This document shows positions 49,862-64,000 of a DNA stretch of 64,000 bases, one piece after another. The stretch lies in assembly GCA_047967505.1 (NCBI GenBank), contig CM106538.1; one strand, written 5' to 3'. The notes under the pieces are model-generated. The model was not told the DNA's origin. It was given only the letters and a program-made list of their open reading frames with translations, and did no database searches. Both the position numbers and the translations under genes were made by a program. Every line of letters starts with the position of its first letter. Position 1 is the first letter of the stretch. This DNA comes from Dipteris shenzhenensis. Lineage: Eukaryota.

Positions 49862-52749
49862 TAGCCAAAATAAATGTCATTTCCTGGATAGTTGGCCAAT
49901 TTTCTGGTATGCTTTTTCATGAGGAAATTCAGCGGGATTCTTTCATCAGGTCTCAAGATGTTTTAGCTTTCAGCTACCCACTTCTGTCTGGAGGATGTTA
50001 TTGCTGAAAAATGTATCTTGTCATAGAGATGCCTTTGATATGCGGTTTCTTGTTCTTAAGGCCACTTTCATAAATGAAATAATGCTGTTCCTGCTAGAAA
50101 TTGGACACACTCACATCTGCCTTCTACAGAATGTTTGTGAAAATCATTTCGAATTTTGTACCCACGCCACATGCATGCCTGAAATTAAAAAGATCTTGGA
50201 ATCATTTTATCTGTCTTATTGTTTCCTCAACTAATATTTGCAGGTGACTGAATTTGAACTTTACTTCTGAATCTTAAATGTATTGGTAGAGGTGCTGTCT
50301 ATGAATTGAGTCTTTGCCTTTCTTAAGGTCACCTGTTTTTGTGAATGAAAAGCTGAAAACTTAACAGAAATTGATGGAGATTTCTGTGATGTGCTATTCC
50401 TGATGAAGTTTGGATATTATTTGTTCTGTCCTATACCTGGAGATTCTGAACAAAGGCAGAAACTGTGGAGTCTTTTAATTTCGAGGAGCCCAGATTTATC
50501 ACTTGGACGTGCATATGCAGTTGTGCAACTGAATATGAACAAATGTTCAATGAGTTCTGTAATACAGAATTTGTCTTGCACATTTTGCCTGTGTTAGTAA
50601 TCCATGTAAAACAGGCAAAATTTTACCTGTTAGCAAAAGTCAACATTTATACAGGAATCGATGTAATCATACAGTAAAACTATATTTTGAATGCAGATGC
50701 CTTATTAGCATTGTACTTTGTATCAATACCATCTAATGTGCGTGCAACAGAAAGAGCAATGCTGAAGCGTGGACTCTGGTACACGGTTTGTTCGAGAGGG
50801 TTTTAGATGTCATGTATGCAGCAGAGGCAAATGGAAAAAGGTTTTGTTTAGGTATTTACTGGCGGCGTCGGCCCATATAAGGTTATAGATTAAATGCCCT
50901 GTGCAAGTTCATTCTTCATATTATCAAACCTCAACAAAGTTATGTCGTTGCTTAGGCGTGAATAGCCAACACATTAAAGATTATGTGTACTATTCTGGAT
51001 GTTTAGGCCTGTAGTAAGAATAAGTAGCCTTCATACCAGTTCTTCTTGCAAATTGCTAAACTTGAACAAGATAGTTGCTGCCTTGTCAACAACAATGTTC
51101 TACTTAATGGCATGGCCAAAGGACCTTAATAGGAGTTAGAATGAAGTTTAGATTGTTCAGCTTGATCAAGGTTACTAGAAACTGGTAAAGGTGTTTGGCA
51201 GGGGCAAAAGGACCTGATTCATACTAGTGGTAGCTAAGTAATTGCTTCGTGCTCATTGACCTTGTAGAGCCTTTGCATGGCATGGATCTATGACATTGAT
51301 ACTCGTTAGTACTGGCTGTATGAGTTTGTTGTGTCACTGAAATTTGTTTTAATTAATGGCTGTGAGTAGGCAAGGATTGCGGCAGATAGTCTCTTGGAAC
51401 AACCTTGGGCAGGATGTGCTTCAGTTATGTTACGTAGCGTGCATACGCACATACGCGCATGAGTAGGCGTGTGTCATGTGCACTAGAAATTGCAAATCGA
51501 CCTTGGGTTAGATTGAAAATTGAAAGGACATGGTGATGAGCACAATGGCTCACTCCTGCCCATATACACAATAAAATTTCTACTAGCTTTAATTAGTATA
51601 TTGTATCGTACTTCTCGTTCAGTTATGGTACAACAAATGTCATGTATTCTATGGATTTATCTTGGGTTCACTCGCTCTTGCTTCTAAGCTAGGGCTCACG
51701 TGCTTGGGTTTTGAATTGTCATGGTGTGATCTTCACGTTCATGTTTTCTGTCTTCTCTACATTCTGAAATGTGAGCTTGGGTTCATAGAGATGGAGAGCT
51801 ATAGAGCTGTAAGGAGTCCTATTTCATCATTTCCCCTTGTTTCCCTTGCTTTGGAGTGGAGAGTGGCTTCATCCTTTCCATCTCACGAATTGGTGTATTC
51901 TTTATGTTATGGATCAAGCATTATTGCATGCTTGCTTTTTTTAATGTATGTAGGATAACTTTGATAATGTTAGATTGCTATCTTTTTTGTGTGCATGGTT
52001 TTGGGGTCCTGATGTGCTTCTTGAGTTTCTCTTCCAATAAACTTACATGAGCAACTAACTTGGATTCCGTTTTCACATTCCCACTCTAAATTCTCTTATT
52101 TTGGTTCCGTCAGAGTCCTATGCTTGCTTGTTCAAATTTTCAGATCCGAGTCACCCATTCTAGTTCGCTAGTTCTTAGACCTACCTATTTTGGGTTCAAG
52201 ATATACTTGTTCCAGCTTCAAGATCATGTCCTTCCAAATTTGGTTCATTTGTTTTGATATCAATTTTCTCGACTTTGAATTTTGGGATCACAAATTTCGG
52301 ATACACTTGATGCGAATTTTCGGTCCACCAATTTTGGTGTACATCCTTGATACTTTGTACCTCTTAGAAAATGCTACCTCTATTGGGCAAATTGATGTCA
52401 TTAGGATAGAGCTATGGGACACATGATGTGTATGTGAACATGTATGTGTGTGGATCTAAATTTGATGAGTCATAGTCAATCCACGGTGGAGACTTGGCCA
52501 AGTATTTAATGACCTCACCCATGAGGTGAACATCTATTGTACTTTGGCTATACAAGGCTACTATCAAACTTGGAAGGAGCTTTTCTAAGAAATAGGAACA
52601 AACTTGGCACCTACCACAGCCCAGAAGAGTACTTGACACAATTTTTCTTTGAGACACAAAAGTCTTGGGATAAATGGTTGTAGTGGGTAGAATTTTTTTA
52701 TAACTCTACTAAGCACACTTCTATTGGCATGTCTCTTTGTATCGATGCC

Positions 52750-53696
52750 AAGTTCAATCACCTTCTACAATTAGAGATGAAATCCTTCTTAATCAACATA
52801 CTTAGGATGAAGTGGACAGAATGCAAGCCATTCCATAACAGGCCAAAGATAATCTTCTCAATAAACAATCTTGAATGAAGGAGTACACTGATCAGAAAAG
52901 AAGGCTTGGTTTGAATTTTGGGAGGGAGAGTGTATCTCAGATTGCACACACATAGATATGCCATAGGTTTTAGGACCCCTACAAAATTCTTAAAAGCGTT
53001 AGTGATCTAGCCTATTAGCTGAAATTGCCTTCTACCACCAATATTCGAATGTATTCCATGTATCCATGCTTAAGAAGCATGTGGGATAAAACTTGTAGTT
53101 GGATGAATTAGTGCAAATAGAGTACATATCAGAAAGGATATTGGGCTACAGAGACAAATCCTCAGAAATAAGGTTTCGCTGGAGTACTGCATCAGTTGGA
53201 AAGGGTTACCAGAGGACTCCACATGGTAGCTTGAGAGCATTTGGTAGGAGTTTCCATATCTATTGAGCTGAATTTGAAGTCTTTCTGCTCATGATAGAAA
53301 GTACCCATACAATCTTCTTTTGAATCAATTATATCAGTTGTACTCATTGAGGACAAATTTTTTATAAGTAGGTAGGGATTGTAATAGTAGTGAAAGCTAG
53401 ATAGGAAATAGCTAGTTAATGGGTCCTGATAGCCAATAAAGGGTTCCCCTATTTGTAGTTACTTTAGTTTTGTTCTTGTACAAATATTTAGTACTATTTT
53501 TAGTATTGATTGTGGGCTTGCCACATGGCAAGCCTATTGTAATATCTCATAAGAAATGGTGGTGCCCTTATTTTCTAAAAGTATATAAGGGGCTCATCTT
53601 TACTTTCTAAAAGTATATAAGGGGCTTCATCTTTACTTTTAGCATTCATTCAACATTAATGTAATCACATTCTACTCTATGATTGTTGTCTTTACA
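52750..53696 (+). mobile_element. Chromoviral Ty3/Gypsy 3' fragment: integrase C-terminus, chromodomain, PPT and putative 3' LTR (53380-53696)
   Basis: MKEYTDQKRR, GPYKILK...AY*LKLP...FHVSMLKK, ERILGYR...EYCISWKGLPEDSTW; purine tract AAGTAGGTAGGGA followed by TGTAA...TTACA. Confidence 0.75.
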
Positions 53697-54568
53697 TCTT
53701 GAAATTTGGGTAACACATGAAAAAGTTACATTAATTTGAAAGGAGATGGGTTTTCATATTTTAGTGTATTTTTTGTTTTACCCCTCTCATCCAAAGACCC
53801 TCCTCTTGGGCCTCACATATTATGAAAAATATGTACAAATCTTAAAATCTTGCAGCACACAAGGCACAAGGTGGTGAACAGTGCACAGGGCCAACAAGGA
53901 AGCAAGAGAACCTGGGGCGCCAACTTCCTTAGTAAGAAAACCTATCCAAATCTTGAGTATAAGATGAATTTAACAATATGCCATGAGTAGAAAGTATTCA
54001 AATTAATGTGGTCGTGCTCTATACTAAAAGACCTTCAAATACGTCTTTACATCTTGAAATTTGGGTAACACATGAAAAAGGTATATTAATTTGAAAGGAG
54101 ATGGGTTTTCATATTTTAGTGTATTTTTTGTTTTACCCCCCCTCATCCAAAGACCCCTCCCTTGGGCCTCACATATTATGAAAAATATGTACAAATCTTA
54201 AAATTTTGCAGCACACAAGGCACAATAAGGTGAACAGTGCATAGGGCTAGCAATGAAGCAAGAGAACCTAGGGCGCCAACTTCCTTTAGTAAGAAAACCT
54301 ATCAAAATCATGAGTATGAGATGAATTTAACAATATGCCATGAGTAGAAATTATTCAAATTAATGTGGTTGTGTTCTACACTAAAAGACCTTTAAATATG
54401 TCTTTACATCTTGAAATTTGGGTAACACATGAAAAAGGTACATTAATTTGAAAGGAGATGGGTTTTCATATTTTAGTGTATTTTTTGTTTTACCCCCCCT
54501 CATCCAAAGACCCCCCCCTTGGGCCTCACATTTTATGAAAAATATGTACAAATCTTAAAATTTTGCAT
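53688..54568. repeat. Tandem repeat, ~2.5 copies of a 355-357-bp unit
   Basis: GTCTTTACATCTTGAAATTTGGG at 53688, 54043 and 54400. Confidence 0.9.
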
Positions 54569-54794
54569 ATTTTTCAAGGTATACACCTTATATTTTGTGG
54601 GAGGGGGGACATGAAATTTATATATTTTTCCCTTGCATATTTGAAAAATTTTAGGGAAATCCATGCATATTATATATGGACCTTGTCCCCCCATATTGTG
54701 GATTTTGGATGAGGGTAGTAACATATTACATATTGAGTTGGTACCTAAGGCAAGAGAATAGGCGATAATTGAGCGATTGCAACCATTTGCATGA

Positions 54795-54870
<76 letters not shown>

Positions 54871-57800
54871 GGGGGGGGAGCACCTACAAGTGTCTGTTTG
54901 CAGGAGCATGTTTTACTTGGAAAGATAGTTCAGTAGTCATGACCAAAGAAGCGGCTCTCTCTGCGCATATGTCCTCCACGCAATGATGCATTCATTTCAA
55001 TTTTGTGGATATCTATTTGCATCCGTGGAGTTTGATTATTACCCACTTTTCCCGACAGGTCATTTCATAGGCAACCATGAATAGTAGGTGTCCTTATCAC
55101 GAGCAACAAGGAGATACAAGAGCTCATATTTAATGGACTCATCACGAGGGAGTGCCTTTCTTAGATGGGGCAACGATAATGTTATATGTTCATCACAAAA
55201 GATGGAAAGTTGGAAAAATAAAAATTAAAGTGGTGAGTGGACTTTGGTTTCACACAAGCATCATCTTTGGTGGTCTTGTCCAAATGGTAGCTCGTTTTTA
55301 TTTATTTTGCCAATGATACATTGTGTTCTTCTCACTAGGAATCTTTGACAAACTCTAGTCTTGGTTTTCATCCGGCTATAAATATTCTATCCGTTTTCTT
55401 GTTTTCCATGTTAAAAGTATTGAATCTCTATTTCTTGTTACCTATGTGTTTAGGTGAGGGTCTAGCATAAAGAGAGTAAAGGCAACAATCAACAATGTAA
55501 CATGATTGCTGATACATCTCACCTAAAAACCAAAAGCAAAAAGCCCATCATTTCACGTCCTTGAATGAATTCCATAATGCACAATGCACCATCAGAGTGT
55601 GGTTGTGAATTCTCATACTTTACAAGAAAATCACATCTGAATGAGATTGAAAGAAGTAGAAGACAAAATTTAAAATTTTTTTAAAGTAGAAGACATTTTA
55701 GCCGATATGCATCCCAAAAAAATTATACTAGTACGAGGACTTGAGGGGTGAGAAGAAGCATGGGGAAGAAGCTAGGTTTCCCAAGGGTGGGTGGAGATAT
55801 GATGAGAGGAGGTCTGGTCTGAGCTATACCTACCATGGCGGATTAAAACTCGGGGGATTATACGTTTTTGTTACTAGAAGCATCGACCCTAGTCCCCCTC
55901 CTAGAAATGGAGCGCCAAACATCAATGTGAATGCTCCATCTCCTACCCTAGCAGGATATGGGTGATTGGTGTGGCACCTATTGTATGAATGTATGTGTAG
56001 GGGGGGGGGTCTTACATCTCTAGAGTGGTTGTGCAATACGCTAGTTCTATGGACAAAAAATAGGTTCCTACATATCCCATTGTTTGATATTTGTGGATAG
56101 TGTTTCAGATGTAAGACCTTGCAAATTTTATACAGCCTATGCCTAAATGTGGGATCACTCGTCTGATAGTGTAAGGGAGACTAGAAGGCACCCACTGTAG
56201 TCTACCGATGTGTAGCTAGATGAGGTATTGGTTAATGTAATTATCCATATACTTTATGACATCACTGAAATGTTCACACTGTTTTGATAAAGTCTATGAT
56301 TAATAATCTTTCATAAGTCCTCTCTAATCACATAAGGAGTGGCTGTTGCCACAAAGTTATGGTATGCTTTGCCATCAGAGGTGTCCATGAAAGGCAGTAT
56401 GAGATGAAGGTTGAGGAAGGTGTTCTGTATGTGATAAATGAAATAAAGGCTACACGAAGCCCTAATCCCTTTAAATAAGGCTCTGGACGCATTAAAAAAT
56501 ACATTGGTCTCATAAAAAGTCAAAAGAGCTTTATATACAATATTTTTTTGGATAATGTCTTGAGTTACTTTAGAAAATTTAAACACTCTAAAGCTAATTG
56601 GAAAAAAATTGGGCAATAAACTGTATTAACTTGTCCATAAAAAATTTAAGAATAAAAAATTCAAAATAATCGTCAGATTTCATGTTCACAAGAGGTGTCA
56701 CACTTTAAATCTATTAAATTTATTCAATTACAGTATGAATGGACAAGGTACAAGGACGTTTCCATTCCTTCTTTCCATTTTATGTGAAGAGAAAGTCAAA
56801 GTCATAAAAGGTAATAGCAATGTATTCTCGATTGTCTATCTCTGTGGTGTCCACTATATCACAATCCATAAGAATCCATGTGCTTGACTATTTTTCCAAT
56901 GCCTATAACCATACGTCATATAACAAATTCCACATACAACTTGATAATTTGTTATGAAACTTTACTTACTACACGTCTAAAATGGTCGCCCTATTGAAAA
57001 TCTTCTCTGACATCCCAGATTTGGTATATCAGATTATCATGGAATTTGTTTGCCAAGTTTTTGCATATCCACATGATCTATGTTTTGTGAAAGAAGATTA
57101 CAATTAAGGGCATGAGCCAACTTACACCCACATATTTTGTCCAAAAGTTAATTGAAATGGTGATTGAATATCCTCATTGGCATCCTAAATATATCTATAG
57201 TGAATGGATCAAGAAGAGCTCATTTGGACTATCAAAGTTAGGAAGAGGAATCAAACGGAGGTTTCCATATTTAGTGTCTCTTTAAGGTACTTGGGAGATT
57301 GCATTATAGAAATAAACACTTGACTTTGTTAAGGAGAGGGGACTGAATGGAAAGCTTGAAATGTTCTTGTGAGACTCTCTAAAGGTTGGATTTTGACTTT
57401 GATGGAAGGGTATATCTTTACACAATAACCAAGCAATGATAAGCAAGATGGCAATATGTGAATCTCTCTCTCTCTCTCTCTCTCCCAAAAAAAAAAAAGT
57501 ATTACCAAAATTGTTTTACAAATGGCCACATAGTAGCCATATGATGTACAAACTTTCCCTCACTTACTATGAACCACTAGTGTAGCTCAAAGTCCCTCAT
57601 CCAATGCATAGTCATACCATTCTCCACCAAATGAGCTAACCATCAAAAAGAAACTTGCCACAAGTGGAGCCCTTTGATTTGAACTATGTGAGATTTGATA
57701 CCAACTTTTGCATCAAGTTATGAAGGCATTCATCATTAACCAGATATGCCACAAGCCTATCCACCTAAAAACCTAAAAGAATATTAAATGTCTTGGGTTA

Positions 57801-58572
57801 TCCGACCCATGTGGAATGTTGCCAAAACCTTAGTCTTTAACCTTTATGGGCTTATTTATCATGGAATCTAGATGCGAGAAATGAAATTTGAAACCTGCTT
57901 TGCCCCCATTAGACATGAAAAGAAAAGATGTGGAGAAGTTTCCAAGCATGTAGTACAAAAACAAACAATTACCAAAAGCAATTTGCCACTTTTGCAACTA
58001 GTCCCCCATTGGTATTAGGCCTCCAACTAGCATTCGCTAGAGGAATTCTTTGCCTTGATATGAAATCTTAGACTACCATCCCTACAAAAATACTTCCTGC
58101 CACTAGGACCTACCCTTCCTAGTGGTACATACCCTAGTAGCCTTCTCGGTAATCCAGTGCTTATCTGTCACCATCACATTGGTACACTTGATTTTTTGTA
58201 CATTGGACAATATTTGAAGCCTTTATAAATGTCACCAAATTATGTAAGTACTACCTAACCTTCTCCCATAACTATACATGTCCACGAGGAATCGAAATAT
58301 ATTGACATATTTTTTTAAAAGACCCACTTGTCCCAACCGTACTGTTCTATTGAATTTTGGCCCCTCAACTATTTTTTAGACCAATCCAAAAGTTGGAAAA
58401 TAGACAACACCTCACCTATCATAGAATTCAACTATAATTAATGAGTTGGACGATCCCATTTTAGTGTGTGTGCCAACACCTCGTTTCTTGAGATCATCAA
58501 ATGGGAAAGGAGAGGTGAAGCCACCACTTGAATTTGTTGGGAGACCATTCAGCAAGATCTCAATATGCCAAT

Positions 58573-58908
<336 letters not shown>

Positions 58909-58949
58909 TATCGTGTTTGGCCTCTATATAGATGTGCTCAATAATTTCT

Positions 58950-60390
58950 TTGGGACTCTAGGAGAAGTTGGCTACTCTCTAGATGGACCCTTTCTCTAGA
59001 TTGTACTATATGTGGATGACATGGCCCTACTCTCATCCTTGGGAAAGGGCCTCTAGCAACAATTGGATGCACTTCATACTTTTTGTGAGACACATGACTT
59101 GAAGATTAACCTTGGTAAATCCAAGGTCATGATCTTCGATACATCTCTAGCAACCATGCATTGAGACAACTTTACAATAGATGGATTACCGATGGAGGTT
59201 GTTCCATCGTATGCATACTTGAGGGTTCTTTTCTCCATCCTAATTTTCATGATGCAATCAAATTTGTAGGCCCGACTAAGTAGGAGATACATTGCACATG
59301 CTAGATTCAAGCGATAGTGCTTTCACTCTCATTTCCAGGATCCCTAGACCAATTCTTTTCTCTTTGGTTCTTTGTCCATCCAATAGGTATGTATCGCAAC
59401 CCTGTTTGGGTTAGACCTATCAGAGATAGATTGGGCATGAGTGGAGAGGATTCAAGTTCTCTTGCTTTCATAGATGATCTACAATAATCCTTCATGCCCA
59501 CATCAGCTGGTCCTAGCCGAGTTTGGAGTATCCCCACTATAGCTTATAATAGAATTCTAGATCATCATGTATCTCTATTGTGTTAGGGGGTATGGATCTC
59601 GCACTACACAGCAACACAAGCTATCGTAATTGGCCCTATCTTCATCCATGGCTCTGGCAATTGAGGGTGACCACAGGTATTGGTATGAGATGGAGACTCC
59701 ACGTAAACAAACTAGCCCCATTTTAGCACAACATTGAGGCCCCCTTTGTCCCACTCACATATCGCGAGGTGAATCAGGATATTTGATAGGATCTCTTATA
59801 GGTATACACATTCAAGAAAATCCAAACTACGTGATGAGCAGGCACTCTGGTGGTGGACCTCCCGTTGTTAGAGCTAGTGCAAATATCTCCATTCCCAACC
59901 AGATGTGATGTGAGCTCTACTCTACAAGGAGACCTAGTTGGCACCTATCGAGCTTCCTATGAAGCTCAGCTATAGACACCATTGCACATTCAGGACCTAG
60001 TTGGCACCTAGCAAGCTTCCTATGAAGCTCAGCTTCTATAACTTGTAGATTCAAGTAGAGGGTTTCATTGATCCACCTTGATACACATGGATCCATCCCC
60101 CCACTCTTTGAGCATATCGATTTGGTAATTTTGTGTTTTATCACATTGACTTCACATTGAGAGTGGACAAGCTGAGGGTAGACCTAGAGAGGGTTGCATC
60201 TACACTTTATGTGATCACAGTAGGAGATTGAGTTAGAGGAGCACTTCGCTTTCAAATGCCCTAAATACTATGAGATCCCAAGGTGTCACCGTATCTTCAA
60301 GGATGGTTTTAGACCTCTATCTCATTTCTCATCCTACCTAAATCAGAGATGCTTGGTGACTTTCATCCATGAGGCTATCTAACATAGGAA
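58950..60390 (+). mobile_element. 5'-truncated, degenerate RTEX-like LINE (RT C-half and Zn knuckle)
   Basis: LYVDDMALLS, HDLKINLGKSKVMIF, HIESGQAEGRPRE and EHFAFKCPKYYEI; lies just downstream of the microsatellite. Confidence 0.8.
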
Positions 60391-60599
60391 GTGGGTACCT
60401 GCCAATTCAATAAATGCCCCAAGTGGTGGGGATAAGAGGGAGGCTAGTGGGAGGGAATGGGGAGCAAGGGAGTTCTCTCCCAAAAATGAGAGGCCAATAT
60501 GGAATCCTCCATTCTTTTAATGCTCAAGCCTTCCTATTGGCTAGTTTCCTAATCTTGCGATTAGATATTTCTTAAAGGGCCAATTCAAGAGGCCATTTT

Positions 60600-63500
60600 T
60601 GAGTCTAAATATCCCCTAATGGGTTATTTTAAAGTGACTACAATTCTTGCTATAGGCTATAGATATCTTTCTCTAGCTTTTTGCTTGTTTACATGGATTA
60701 ACTCTAGTTTATCCTTCCATTCATTTTGTTCATTACCTAGGAATTTTAGGTGAGACTTCAATGACCTATATTTGATCTCAAGCCATATTCTAACAACTCT
60801 ATTGCCTTGATCATCAACATGGCTAATTCTAAGGTATAGTTCCTCGTTAATTTTTACCATTGTATTTGGAGCCCTCAATAGACCTATTTCTTCTCTCATT
60901 GTTGGCCAACTACTTAGTTATCTAGAATGTCATCTTAGAAAGTTTTTCATTTTTGTGTCCTGTAGTTTCTTATTGTTAGCAACCTCCACCCGTAATAGCT
61001 ATTTGAAAGAATCTAGCTCTACTTCTATTCTATCGTGGAGATCTTTGTAGTAGTTTGAGGACCTTTTGTACTTGGGCAATTGTGACCTAACCACATAATC
61101 TTGATGTCTTATTCTCCATATGGTGTATAGGTAATGTATTGCTAACTGGAAATTGAGGGTGGTTGGCTAGGGGGACTTCATGGTATAATGTAGGCAACCC
61201 AGAGGTTTCAAGCAATGATGCTAGACACTATCCTCTAGAAAAACAAAGATGCTTTTGAGAAGGAGGAGAAGGGTCCTATACCACAATCCAAAATACCTCT
61301 ACTCATGGATCCTATCGGTTTGAGTTGTTCGGGTTGATGCAAAAGGTGTGACCCCCCCCTCGCTAGTCACACTGCCCATACCTTAAGTGAAGTTGCACTA
61401 CATCATTGTGTCTTGGCTATGAATTTAAAGGGTCCAAATCATTTGTGTTGTAGAACAACAGCTCCGTAGACCATGTGAAATCATCTCTATATTACTATTT
61501 GTGTAGAGGTGGCACCTTCGATCAACGTGCATCTCCGCCAACCAAGGGAAGATGGGAAATCCTCCATGGCCAAACATCTACAAGAAAATATGTAATCTTC
61601 CATGGCCAATGGATGGCCTACAAATGCAACCAAAATTTGGAGATGACCTCTCAGGACACCTCTTGCTCAACCCAGTGCCCCTCTTTAGAAGGAGTCCTTC
61701 TAGGGGTCACTCATGAACATGTAACATAGCAGGTTCATGCACGAAGTAGTATTTTTAAATATAGGACCAACATAAATTTACACACGAGGGGATTTATAAA
61801 ATAGAAACTATGTGATTTATATGTGTAGATTTATGGATGGGTGTCTAAATTTTAACATTAAACTCTAATCCATTTTGTATCTAAAAATCCATTGACATTC
61901 CCTAACAAACGCACATTCAAGCTGTAAGCAATGGTGGTTGGATCATGAATAAATTTCCTTAGTTTCCTATTTGGTGGATAGACTATAATAACATGAAAAA
62001 CATCCTCATGATTGCAGCATATGATGCAATGGCCATCCTGCTTTCCAATGCAAGAAAGTCTCAGGTTGGTCCAAATAGCCTAATGTGATTTTGAGAAATC
62101 ATCCATCACAAAGTCCCATGTTTTTTTTAAACATTTCGGTCCTAGGGTATTTTCCATACGTGCTTGCTTGCACATGCTAGAGTGCCCCCCCCCTTCCCTG
62201 GAGAAGGAGTGCAAGCTACTCCCTCTAGCTAGAGATGATCACCATGTACAAGCAGAAGGGCACCTCAACACATCTCTCTTAGTGCCTGTTCATGAAGGCC
62301 AAAACCACATTATCGGATCCCACTACACCTGGTGAAGTGGACGGCCCTCCCAAAACCAGAGATGCCATCATGATCCATCTTAACCCATCTTGGCCCACTA
62401 TGATTAGTACTAGATAAATGGTCTATCCTTGCCGAAGAGGCCTATTATCTTGGTCCTTTGCCACTATAGCAAATCTAGAGATCCATTCATCTTTGGTTGT
62501 CCATCTATCTTTCATTGGAGAAGGCATACTAGCCCCACTCTAGAGTGGAAGGATACAAGGGATCTATGCAAAAATTGAATCCTTAGATGCACTTGTATCC
62601 TAAATAATTGACCATAATAATGTGAGGGAGACGAGGATCTATGCAAACCATCACTCCAATACTCAAGGATGGTGCAATCAACCTCTAACATCCTTTTACC
62701 TTACCCCTTAGATGAGAGAGTGCTTGAACTTATTCCTTTGTCTTGGTGGGGATTTGGCAGCATGTTTTAAAAGAATTAGTCAGGCCACTATCCCATTGTG
62801 TCCAACCAATGTGCATTCTCGCTGCCCTAACATGAAGCCCTTGTGATCTCAAACCTTCAAATGGTAGAGGAGGGGTTGGTGCTCAAAATCATCATGGCAC
62901 CAAGGGATGCTAATAAGTCCCTCAAACAAATGTTACCACACTCCATGAATACTCTTAATAAGAGGTGAGCCCTTCCTTGTGAGGGCCCCTTTGAGGGGAA
63001 TATCCAAGGATGTGACTGTTGCCATTGACCTCCTATCAAAGGGGTGCTACTAAGAATCCCTCTCTGAAGCAAGAACTTCTAGAGCTCCCCTCTATACATC
63101 ACTAACAACCCACACAAAATATATCAAGTCTCTCTACCAGACCATCACAACCCACACAAAATATATCAAGTCTCTCTAAAAGACCATCATGCCACCACTG
63201 ATCAAAGGTTTAGTAGAGACTACCCAAAAGTTTAGGGAACTCCACCTCCTAGTCACAACCACCAATAATAAAGATGAAATGTGTCCAAGTACTTGGTATA
63301 AGGCCTTGTTGAGAAGGAGCTCCAACTTTTTTATCCTTCTCAAACTCTAGGGAAATCTCCTACCATGATTCATGAGTCAACATCCGAGAGGCTCTCCATA
63401 AATTCCCTTCCAAAAGAGGGCACCATTTTCTACAAGAAACGTCATAAAGTTTACAATCCCATTCCTAGAGTCTCCCATCCATAGGATGATCAATAACACT

Positions 63501-64000
63501 TGCACTCATAAGTTCTCTCTAATCAAACATATATGGGGCTAGATACTGGGCTACTAAGATGTTTACAGCGATGCTCTTTCCCATTTTTGTGGCGACACAC
63601 TTTAGGTCCTCTCCCCCCTAAGAGGAGGTGGCTCAGTTAGTTGTTGTCCATGGCTAGGAGCCTATCTTAAATCACAAGGGTATCTACCAAACATAGCCCT
63701 TTGTAACTCTTGACAAAGAAACATTTGTTGTGGTCGATGACATGCCTAAGCATGGCCATGCAGCACCTTCCAACCAAGGGAAGGAGGTGGTGGTAGTGAA
63801 CAAGGCCTTCTTGTGCATGGAAGCTTGTGTAATGATGGTGGATCTCTATGATTCTGGTGAGGTTTGGACACTAAATAGTTCATGCCAATGTGGTGGTGTG
63901 CCATAGGCATCACTAGCTCTATGCCCATACTCCGTGCTTAGCTAGTTTCTAGCATCCACTGTGCAACCTTGCTCCTTGGGTCCTAAGTAGGCACTAGCCT
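60600..64000 (-). mobile_element. Probable degenerate L1-like ORF2 remnants
   Basis: Stop-ridden, W/K-rich minus-strand frames resembling plant L1 ORF2 C-terminal regions; no clean catalytic motif seen. Confidence 0.3.

Overview
Eukaryotic land-plant nuclear DNA, probably a large-genome seed-free plant such as a fern or lycophyte (inference from multi-kb TE-filled introns). Two host genes lie on the + strand. The first is the last three exons of a coiled-coil protein ending in DAPxxGAPxRxxSFxAKYVSGADLV (exons 8389-8556, 19864-20001, 20303-20812, with an 11.3-kb intron). The second is a complete 8-exon 26S proteasome lid gene, RPN3 (40912-49861, 497 aa). The rest is mostly retroelement debris: many copies of an RTEX-like LINE family abutting (CT)n/(CA)n microsatellites, a one-ended hAT-like fragment, Copia, chromoviral Gypsy and L1 remnants, and tandem arrays. 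Four signals stand out. (1) A non-coding, hairpin-rich ~560-nt unit is present as two separate more-than-monomer, head-to-tail insertions with the same 3' end, different 5' ends and their own 13- and 20-bp target-site duplications, suggesting a retrotransposed circular or multimeric RNA. (2) An apparent ORF1-only ('half-LINE') partner family shares the RTEX-like 3' terminus. (3) ORF1 and ORF2 of the LINE are in the same frame, separated only by TAG, with no ATG before the endonuclease. (4) A head-to-tail array of unclassified 2-2.6-kb elements is punctuated by (CA)n. All calls were made by eye; no database search or folding was run.
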